DNA of 64,000 nucleotides from Terriglobia bacterium (GTDB lineage Bacteria > Acidobacteriota > Terriglobia > JAJPHL01 > JAPKYU01), in assembly GCA_965223005.1 (NCBI GenBank), contig CBDCVK010000010.1, positions 64,001 to 128,000 of the forward strand, in the 5' to 3' direction. Position 1 is the stretch's first letter, and every line of letters begins with the position of its first letter. Positions 56,866 through 64,000 of this stretch are shown piece by piece. The notes under the pieces were generated by a model that did no database searches, had not been told where the DNA came from, and worked only from the letters and a program-made list of their open reading frames with translations. A program made the position numbers and the translations under genes.

Positions 56866-57771
56866 ATGCGGGATTTCGTCGCCCAGCCGACAGACGCAGG
56901 CAAACGCCTCGATCAGTTCCTGGTCGAACAACTGGTGGACGTGAGCCGCGTTCGCGCTCAGCGGTTGCTGCGTGCGGGCCGGGTGCAGATGAACGGCGAA
57001 GCAGCCAAAGTCAGCTACCGGCTCCGGGGCGGTGAGCAGATTTCGTTGGATTGGGAACCTTCTGGCCCCCTCCGCACCTTGCCCGAAGATATCCCTCTGG
57101 AAGTCATTTACGAGGACGGCGAACTGGCTGCGGTGAACAAGCCGGCGGGGATGGCGGTGCATCCTGGAGCGGGCCGCCTCTCGGGCACGTTAATCAACGC
57201 GCTGCTGCACCGGTTTGAGGCCCTGTCCCAACTAGGCGGTGAGTCCCGCCCCGGCATCGTTCACCGCCTGGATCGCCAGACCAGCGGCTTGCTCCTGGTT
57301 GCCAAGAACGATGTCGTCCACCGCCACATGGCCGATCAGTTCCGCAACCGCGCCGTGGTAAAAACCTACTTGGCTCTGGTGCACGGCGTGGTCGAGCCGG
57401 AGCAGGACCAGATCACCGCTCCCATTGCCCGCGACCTGTGGAGGCGGCGCCGTATGACCGCGCGCCGCAAAGGGACCAAAGCCCGCGAGGCTCTCACCGA
57501 ATACAAGGTGCTTCGCCGCCTGCCCCGGTTCACTCTGCTGAAAGTCACCCTGCATACGGGCCGCACGCATCAGGCTCGGGTGCACCTGGCCAGCCGGGGA
57601 CACCCTGTTGTGGGCGACACGCTCTACGGGGCCCCAGGCGGGCTGCTGGACCGCAACTTTCTCCACGCCGCCTCGATCGCTTTCCAGCACCCGCGCACCG
57701 GCCAGACGTTGGAAATCTCCGCGCCCCTGCCGCCCGAGCTGGAGAGGTTTCTCGCATCCATCGCGGAATAA
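56866..57771 (+). CDS. rluD: RluA-family 23S rRNA pseudouridine synthase with S4 domain
   Basis: RLDQFL S4 domain, NKPAG..VHP, RPGIVHRLDRQTSG, TGRTHQ.RVH. Confidence 0.9.
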   Translation: MRDFVAQPTDAGKRLDQFLVEQLVDVSRVRAQRLLRAGRVQMNGEAAKVSYRLRGGEQISLDWEPSGPLRTLPEDIPLEVIYEDGELAAVNKPAGMAVHPGAGRLSGTLINALLHRFEALSQLGGESRPGIVHRLDRQTSGLLLVAKNDVVHRHMADQFRNRAVVKTYLALVHGVVEPEQDQITAPIARDLWRRRRMTARRKGTKAREALTEYKVLRRLPRFTLLKVTLHTGRTHQARVHLASRGHPVVGDTLYGAPGGLLDRNFLHAASIAFQHPRTGQTLEISAPLPPELERFLASIAE

Positions 57772-57893
57772 CATTGCGGCTCCTCTGTGTTGCCGCGGCG
57801 CTGCTTGCGTCGTTGCGAGCCACTCCGGCGTGAGTGGCCACCGCGTATAACGCTACCTACCGAAGTGTGGATTCTGCCGAGGCTGGCAAGCTT

Positions 57894-57902
57894 TGCTATA
57901 AT
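57894..57902 (+). promoter_or_regulatory. Extended -10 promoter (TGCTATAAT)
   Basis: Upstream of VWA gene. Confidence 0.6.
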
Positions 57903-57930
57903 CGACTAAGGAGTTTTTGCCCGGCGTCCT

Positions 57931-58884
57931 ATGACCCCGGTGTTGCGTCCTATGACAAAGTCACTCGCGCTGGTCTTCATTCTCAATGCGGTTTGCCTTG
58001 CAGCCCAGAATCGGGCGGTACAGCCGCAAGGTTCCGAGCGCTCCGGAGGCGCCGATGCCAACATCCGAATCCGTGTGGATCGCGTGCCGGTGCTGTTCAG
58101 CGCTTTGGACCGCAAGGACCGCTACATCACCGACCTGACTCGCGATGAGATCGCGGTGTACGACAGCAAGAAGAAGCAGGAAATCGTCGAGTTCACCAGG
58201 GAGACCGACCTGCCTCTGCGCATCGCATTGCTGATTGACACCAGCAACAGCATCCGGGACCGTTTCCGGTTCGAGCAGGCAGCGGCTATCGAGTTCCTGC
58301 AGGCGGTGCTGCGCCCCAACATGGACCGCGCGTTCCTGGTGGCCTTCGACACGAACGTCGAAGTGGTCCAGGATTTCACCGACGACATTAATAAACTCCG
58401 CACCGGAATCGAGTCGCTTCGCGCCGGTGGAGGCACCGCGTTCTATGACGCCATCTACCATGCTGTCCTCGAAAAACTGATGAAGGCAGAACCGGAGGGC
58501 AGTGTGCGCCGCACGATTGTTCTGCTCAGTGACGGCGAAGACAACCAGAGTCGGGTCACGCGGGAGGAGACCCTGGAGATGGCCCAGCGGGGCGAGGTCA
58601 CCATCTACGCCATCGGAACCAACATCAGTGGCATCAAGAAGCGGGGCGACAAGGTCTTGCGGCGGTTCGCGGAACAAACCGGCGGACGTATCTTTTTCCC
58701 CTTCAAGGTGACCGACTTAACCAGTTCCTTCCGGCAGATTGGCCACGAGCTTCGGAGCCAGTACGTACTGCTGTTCCGACCCAGTACACCGCGCGACGGC
58801 GCCTTCCATACCATCAAAGTGGTGGCCCGGCGCAAGGGTGTCACCGTACGGGCTCGCAAAGGCTATTATGCGCTGCAGGAGTAG
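57931..58884 (+). CDS. VWA domain protein (acidobacterial VWFA-related type)
   Basis: MIDAS DTSNS, GGTAFYDA, LSDGED, TGG..F, ELRSQY, RARKGYY; start 57931 or 57952. Confidence 0.88.
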   Translation: MTPVLRPMTKSLALVFILNAVCLAAQNRAVQPQGSERSGGADANIRIRVDRVPVLFSALDRKDRYITDLTRDEIAVYDSKKKQEIVEFTRETDLPLRIALLIDTSNSIRDRFRFEQAAAIEFLQAVLRPNMDRAFLVAFDTNVEVVQDFTDDINKLRTGIESLRAGGGTAFYDAIYHAVLEKLMKAEPEGSVRRTIVLLSDGEDNQSRVTREETLEMAQRGEVTIYAIGTNISGIKKRGDKVLRRFAEQTGGRIFFPFKVTDLTSSFRQIGHELRSQYVLLFRPSTPRDGAFHTIKVVARRKGVTVRARKGYYALQE

Positions 58885-59049
58885 GTCTGCCGGCGGACCC
58901 CGGAGGTGAAGATTGGCCCGCGGCTCGGCCGGTCACCCGCGCCCCAGTAGTATTCCAGGCGGGCCTGTAGTATAACCGCAAGGAACATTCCACCCAGGGA
59001 AAATACGCTGACCGCCGTGGCTGGCGCGGCAGAAACGTAGCAGAGCAGC

Positions 59050-60129
59050 ATGGCAGAGGAGCGGCAAGAGAAGACCCGGGCCCTGGAGCTGACGCTCTCG
59101 CAGATCGAGAAGCAGTTCGGCAAGGGCTCCATCATGCGGTTGGGAGCCAGGGAAGCTTTGGTCCCGGTCGCGGTCATTCCCACCGGCTCGCTGGCGCTGG
59201 ACTCGGCGCTGGGCGTGGGTGGGCTGCCGCGGGGTCGCGTCATCGAGATCTTTGGTCCGGAGGCGAGCGGCAAGACTACGCTCGCCCTCCAAGTGGTCGC
59301 CCAGGCACAAAAGCAGGGGGGGATGGCCGCTTTCGTGGATGCCGAGCATGCACTGGATCCGGCCTATTCCCGCCGGCTGGGCGTGGACGTGGACAACCTG
59401 CTGGTCTCGCAACCGGATTACGGGGAGCAGGCACTGGAGATTGCTGAAGCCTTGGTGCGCTCTGGCGCCATTGATGTAGTGGTGGTGGACTCGGTGGCGG
59501 CTCTGGTGCCAAAGGCGGAGCTGGACGGCGAGATGGGCGAGCCGACCATGGGCTTGCAGGCCCGGCTGATGTCGCAGGCTCTGCGCAAACTCACCGCCAT
59601 CGTTTCCAAGTCCAGGACCAGCCTGGTCTTTATCAACCAGGTCCGGGAAAAGATTGGGGTCATGTTCGGCAACCCGGAGACCACCACCGGCGGGCGCGCT
59701 CTGAAGTTTTATTCCTCAATGCGTGTGGACATCCGCCGCATCGCCGCATTGAAGGACGGCGACGTGATCATCGGCAACCGGACCAAATGCAAGGTGGTAA
59801 AAAACAAGCTGGCTGCCCCGTTCCGCAACGCGGAATTTGACATCCTCTACGGCGAAGGAATTTCCCGCGAGGGCGACCTGCTGGACTTGGGTGTGGAGAA
59901 GGGACTGGTTGAGAAGAGTGGCTCCTGGTTCTCCTTCCGCAGCGAACGCATCGGGCAGGGGCGCGAGAACGCCCGTTTATTCCTCAAAGAAAACAAGGAT
60001 AGCTGCGAGCAACTGGAACGGGAAGTACGCAAGGTGCTGGGGCTGCCCGAACCCGCCGCCGCCGCTGCGGCTGGCCCTGTGCCGGCAAGCTCGCCCACTC
60101 CGCCGCGCGGCAAAGCAGTGACGCGGTAA
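59050..60129 (+). CDS. recA: Recombinase A
   Basis: [46 protein letters not shown]. Confidence 0.99.
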   Translation: MAEERQEKTRALELTLSQIEKQFGKGSIMRLGAREALVPVAVIPTGSLALDSALGVGGLPRGRVIEIFGPEASGKTTLALQVVAQAQKQGGMAAFVDAEHALDPAYSRRLGVDVDNLLVSQPDYGEQALEIAEALVRSGAIDVVVVDSVAALVPKAELDGEMGEPTMGLQARLMSQALRKLTAIVSKSRTSLVFINQVREKIGVMFGNPETTTGGRALKFYSSMRVDIRRIAALKDGDVIIGNRTKCKVVKNKLAAPFRNAEFDILYGEGISREGDLLDLGVEKGLVEKSGSWFSFRSERIGQGRENARLFLKENKDSCEQLEREVRKVLGLPEPAAAAAAGPVPASSPTPPRGKAVTR

Positions 60130-60190
60130 GGCCAACAAGACCAGCAAAAAGCGGCTCTCCTCCCGGTTTCCGTTACCCCCGTTTCCACCT

Positions 60191-60895
60191 TCACCAATCC
60201 AGCGTTTTTCCGGGCTCCAGTTCCAGCACTTCCACCTCGGGCATGTCCGCGAGAAGCTGGCGCAGTTGCGCCGGGCGCCCGACCAGCGGCGAAAAGGTGC
60301 CGTAATGCATGCCCAGCACCTTCTTTGGCCGCAGCAGCCGGCAGGCATAGGCAGCCTCGACCGGACCCATGGTGAACAGGTCCCCAATGGGCAGGATAGC
60401 CAGCTCGGGCGCGTATAGATCGTGGATGATTTTCATGTCGCCAAAGACGTTAGTGTCGCCGGCGTGGTAGAAGCGGCGATCGCCCACCTGAATGACGTAG
60501 CCGACGGCCTCGCCCCCGTAGACAATTTTGCCGTCGTCCAGGATGCCGCAACTGTGGTCGGCGTGCACCATTGTCACCCGTAGCTCGCCCACTTGCTGCG
60601 ACCCGCCCTTGTTCATGGGCAGCGTTTTGGAAACGCCCTTGCTCTCCAGCCAGGCGCACACTTCGTAGACGCCCACCACCTGCGGCTGGTGCTGCCGGGC
60701 CAGCGCCACCGCGTCGCTGATGTGGTCAAAGTGCCCGTGCGTGATCAGCATTACGTCTAGGCGGTCAAACTTCTTCAGCGCCGCCGGACAGACCGGGTTG
60801 CCTTCCACCCAGGGGTCCACCAGCACGACGCTACCCCCGGGCGTGATCATTCGGAACGTCGAATGGCCGAGCCAGGTAATCTTCATCGTCGGCAT
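60191..60895 (-). CDS. Metallo-beta-lactamase-fold hydrolase (UPF0173-like)
   Basis: WLGHS, THGHFDH, YHAGDT, LPIG..FTMG, MHYGTF. Confidence 0.9.
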   Translation of the reverse strand: MPTMKITWLGHSTFRMITPGGSVVLVDPWVEGNPVCPAALKKFDRLDVMLITHGHFDHISDAVALARQHQPQVVGVYEVCAWLESKGVSKTLPMNKGGSQQVGELRVTMVHADHSCGILDDGKIVYGGEAVGYVIQVGDRRFYHAGDTNVFGDMKIIHDLYAPELAILPIGDLFTMGPVEAAYACRLLRPKKVLGMHYGTFSPLVGRPAQLRQLLADMPEVEVLELEPGKTLDW

Positions 60896-61047
60896 GCTCT
60901 CCTCCGGTGCAAACTCTCCTCCGGTGCGAGTATAGTCCAGTGCTCGTTTTTCCGCCCCTCGGCTCCGTGGAGTTCAGAAAGGTCCGTGAAGTTCAGAGAC
61001 TGGGCGACCAATCGTCCCGAGCGAACATGCTAGAATCGGGCGTGCCG

Positions 61048-62349
61048 ATGGAGTCCGCTGTCGAAACGCTGGGGCAGGGCCGCCACCCGACGCCGTTCTC
61101 CTGCACTCGCTACGTCAACGACGAGGATCGCGTCATCTTCCACTCGGAGACGAAGCTGCTTCGCGCCGCCTTCGAGCAGCACGAAAAGCCGCCGTCGTTC
61201 GAAATGGCCGGGCCGCGGGAGAGCCTGTTTTTTGACCTGCGCCAGCTGAGCTGCGCCATCGTCACCTGCGGCGGGCTCTGCCCGGGGTTGAATGACGTCA
61301 TCCGGTCCATCGTCATGAGCCTGCACCACCTCTACGGCGTCCGACGCGTGCTGGGCATTCCTTACGGCTACCAGGGCTTGACGCCGCCATTTGAGAAAAC
61401 TTGGCGCGAGCTGGCCCCCGCGGTGGTCGCCGACGTTCACCACATGGGGGGCACCATGCTGGGCTCCTCCCGAGGGCCGCAGGACATCGGCGTGATGGTG
61501 GAGACCCTGGAGCGGAATCGCATCGGCGTGTTGTTTGTCGTCGGCGGCGACGGAACCCTGCGCGGGGCGCACCAGATTACTAAGGAGATTGCCCGCCGCA
61601 ACTTGCCCATCGCCGTCATCGGCCTGCCCAAGACCATTGACAACGACATCGCTTACATCCAGCGCTCGTTCGGCTTTCAGACCGCGGTCGGAGCGGCCCG
61701 CCACCCCGTTTCGGCCGCCCACGCCGAAGCGCTCGGCGCCCCCAACGGCACGGGCCTGGTCAAGCTGATGGGCCGCCATTCCGGCTTCCTGGCCGCCCAG
61801 GCGGCGCTCTCCAGCGGCGACGTCAACTTCTGCCTGGTTCCCGAGGTGCCATTCGTTCTGGAAGAGGGCGAGTCCGGGTTCCTACCCGCGCTCAAGCGGC
61901 GTCTGGTGGCCCGCCACCACGCCGTCATCGTGGTGGCGGAGGGAGCAGGACAGGAATTGTTGGCCGCGCAGGAGTCCGCCCACGACCCCTCGGGGAACGT
62001 GGCCCTGGGCGATATCGGAACCTTCTTGCGCGAGCGGATTCAGGAGTATTTCCGGCGGATCGGCTTGCCATTGGGGCTGAAGTACATTGATCCCAGCTAC
62101 ATGATTCGCAGCCTGCCCGCGGACCCCGACGATTCCGCCTTCTGTTTGCTGCTTGGTCAGAACGCGGTCCATGCGGCTTTGGCCGGTCGCACCGACGCGA
62201 TGGTCGGCTACTGGAACCAGCACTTCACCCTGGTGCCCATCCCGCTGGCTGTCTCCCGTCGCAAGCGCATCGACCCGGAGGGAATGCTCTGGCAAAGCGT
62301 GTTGCAAACCACCGGGCAGCTCGACATGAGCGGCAACTCGAGCTCTTAG
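61048..62349 (+). CDS. pfkA: ATP-dependent 6-phosphofructokinase (PfkA superfamily, group X-like)
   Basis: TCGGLCPGLNDVIR, GGDG, PKTIDNDI, KLMGR, YIDPSYMIRS; TGCTAGAAT at 61028 favours ATG 61048. Confidence 0.88.
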   Translation: MESAVETLGQGRHPTPFSCTRYVNDEDRVIFHSETKLLRAAFEQHEKPPSFEMAGPRESLFFDLRQLSCAIVTCGGLCPGLNDVIRSIVMSLHHLYGVRRVLGIPYGYQGLTPPFEKTWRELAPAVVADVHHMGGTMLGSSRGPQDIGVMVETLERNRIGVLFVVGGDGTLRGAHQITKEIARRNLPIAVIGLPKTIDNDIAYIQRSFGFQTAVGAARHPVSAAHAEALGAPNGTGLVKLMGRHSGFLAAQAALSSGDVNFCLVPEVPFVLEEGESGFLPALKRRLVARHHAVIVVAEGAGQELLAAQESAHDPSGNVALGDIGTFLRERIQEYFRRIGLPLGLKYIDPSYMIRSLPADPDDSAFCLLLGQNAVHAALAGRTDAMVGYWNQHFTLVPIPLAVSRRKRIDPEGMLWQSVLQTTGQLDMSGNSSS

Positions 62350-62372
62350 CTACCTCAAAAGCCAGCACGAAG

Positions 62373-62900
62373 TCACCGAGGCTCAAAACGCTGGCGGAAA
62401 TCCTCGGATTGTTTGCGCAGCGCGAGCCAGTCGAAGAACAGCTCCGGGGTCTGGAGCCAGATGGTGAACCACTGGGCAATCTCTTCTTTCTCCGCGCGCT
62501 TGTCCGCTGCTACCTTGCGGTTGCTGGCGATCAGGGCGGCGCGGCGGCGCACCCGAATGGCGCCGCGCCGGCACTCCTCGGCGAGGCCGGGTTCATTTCG
62601 AGTGCGGCAGGTCCGGTAGCGCTCATCGAGCGCGCGCAAGGTGGTTTCGGCGGCTGCCAGCGTGTCGAAGTGAAGCAGCTCTAGAACTTCTCGGGAGATC
62701 CCTCCCAGTTCGGCGTCCACGCTGGCACCCAGCTCGGCCAGCACATCCAGCAGGTACTCTTGAGAGATGCGCGCCTGCGGGCCCAGCACCCGAGCCAGCT
62801 CGCCCCGGATAGCTAAAGCTTCCTCCGTTCCGATGCGAGCCGGACGCGCTTGCTGCAGGTACTGTCGAATGACAGACTTCTTGGTGGGGCGGGCAGTCAC
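62373..62900 (-). CDS. Conserved hypothetical protein
   Basis: 175 aa; 4-nt overlap with upstream ORF; EKEEIAQWF.IWLQTPELFFDWL.LR block. Confidence 0.7.
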   Translation of the reverse strand: MTARPTKKSVIRQYLQQARPARIGTEEALAIRGELARVLGPQARISQEYLLDVLAELGASVDAELGGISREVLELLHFDTLAAAETTLRALDERYRTCRTRNEPGLAEECRRGAIRVRRRAALIASNRKVAADKRAEKEEIAQWFTIWLQTPELFFDWLALRKQSEDFRQRFEPR

Positions 62901-64000
62901 TGGGGTGACACAGGCTTTTTCGGGGCTGGTTTGTTCAGCCCGCGCAATTCCGAAGCCAGGACAGGGTTGTCGGGGAGTTTTCGCAGCGCTTTCCGCAACA
63001 CCTCCCGTGCGCGCTCACTTTCCCCGCGCGTTAGGTGCACCAGCACCAGGATGCGGATCGACCCAACCGACTCCCAGTTGTCGAGCTCGACCGCGCGGCG
63101 AGCGTATTCGAGCGCCACGTCCGGCTCACGCTCGCGCAAATAGACGGCCAGTCCGGCCAGCGCCGCCGGGTTGTTGGCGTCGCTGGCCAGCGTCAGCCGC
63201 CATTCCCTGGCCGCCTCTACGGTTCGTCCCACTCGGGCCAGCAGGTTGCCGCGCAGGGCCCGCGCGTCGCTCCGCCGCGAGTTGATCTCCACAGCGCGAG
63301 TCACCTCCTGCAAGCCTTCTGGAAAGCGCCCAAGCTGCAGCAGGGTCTTGGCCAGTTGGAAGCGCGCCTCTTCCGAATTCGGGCGCTCGCGGAGCACGGC
63401 GCGCCACTGCTTCTCAGCCCGGGCCCAGTCCTGATTCAGCATGTGCGCCTGAGCAAGCAGCTCGTGCAGGTCGGCGTTGTCCGGATCGGCCTTCAGGAGC
63501 CGGCTCGCACGGTTGATCGCTTTCTCGACCTCACCGGCCTGCAGTTCGGCGGCCGCCAGGTAGGCTTGGGCGCGCGCGTTCCCGGGCTGTTCCTCCACAA
63601 CGGCCTCCAGCAAGGTCCGAGCTTCGGCGATGCGGTTCTGGCGCAACAGCTCGACGGCGCGCTGCTCGACGCGGGCCCAAGCCTCGGCAGGCCTTTCACT
63701 CACACTGCGCGCGTTCGGAGGATCAGGCCTGCCGGGCTCCTGGGCCGGAGCGATCGACTGCAGCAGGACGACTGCGGCCATAACCGCCACAAACTCCAGA
63801 TGTCGCATGCAAGAGGTGTCGCAGCGGGGCGGCGCCCCGGGTAGCGAATAGCGATTTCGGGCGATGAAGCGGTAGAAAGGCGGGCCCAGCCAGCGCAACG
63901 GGGGCCGTGCCAGCACCCACCCCAGCCAGGCCAGGGCCGGCAGTCCGCGCATCACTGTGAGCCACGCGAAGAATCCTTTGCTCCAGGTGCCGTCGGCGCC
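62897..64000 (-). CDS. DCC1-like thiol-disulfide oxidoreductase C-part fused to TPR protein (5' end outside window)
   Basis: Frame open to window edge; GFFAW..LP...LG..FYRFIARNRY..C...C, then signal-like segment and multiple TPRs. Confidence 0.7.
   Translation of the reverse strand, partial: GADGTWSKGFFAWLTVMRGLPALAWLGWVLARPPLRWLGPPFYRFIARNRYSLPGAPPRCDTSCMRHLEFVAVMAAVVLLQSIAPAQEPGRPDPPNARSVSERPAEAWARVEQRAVELLRQNRIAEARTLLEAVVEEQPGNARAQAYLAAAELQAGEVEKAINRASRLLKADPDNADLHELLAQAHMLNQDWARAEKQWRAVLRERPNSEEARFQLAKTLLQLGRFPEGLQEVTRAVEINSRRSDARALRGNLLARVGRTVEAAREWRLTLASDANNPAALAGLAVYLREREPDVALEYARRAVELDNWESVGSIRILVLVHLTRGESERAREVLRKALRKLPDNPVLASELRGLNKPAPKKPVSPQ

Noticed and set aside
58885-59049. LexA box upstream of recA
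   Set aside because: No GTTC-N7-GTTC (acidobacterial) or other canonical SOS box found; only a TATAAC -10 candidate

Overview
GC-rich bacterial chromosomal window, very probably Acidobacteriota (TIGR03437 'Solibacter C-terminal' domains, acidobacterial VWA protein, DUF1501/DUF1553 pairs, futalosine-pathway mqnD). It has four parts. (1) 1-10.1 kb: housekeeping and signalling genes (coaE, HtrA protease, mqnD, probable 6S RNA, RodZ-like protein, GAF-GGDEF, aldo/keto reductase, UvrC-like protein). (2) 10.2-22.1 kb: surface-glycan locus (GT-C-like membrane protein, HprK-like kinase, nucleotidyltransferase, two GT4, two O-antigen-ligase-like proteins, Wzz-like protein, priming sugar transferase). 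(3) About 22-50.9 kb: accessory region built by tandem integration at tRNA-Val(GAC). The full tRNA is at 50838-50914 and 3'-end copies are at 43243 and 33157. It carries secreted proteins, two DUF1501 + DUF1549/DUF1553 pairs, an integrase-DUF3489 fusion and many gene remnants. (4) 51-64 kb: core genes (tonB, ileS-lspA-lgt-rluD, VWA, recA, pfk). Most notable unannotated signals: a ~35-bp non-coding motif family present 4-5 times only in the island array, lying in inverted pairs around two secreted-protein genes; a perfect 18-bp hairpin burying the integrase SD and start codon; a set of fragments of paralogous secreted-protein genes; and an 11-bp VNTR at the lspA-lgt junction. All family calls are from motif recognition by eye, not database searches.
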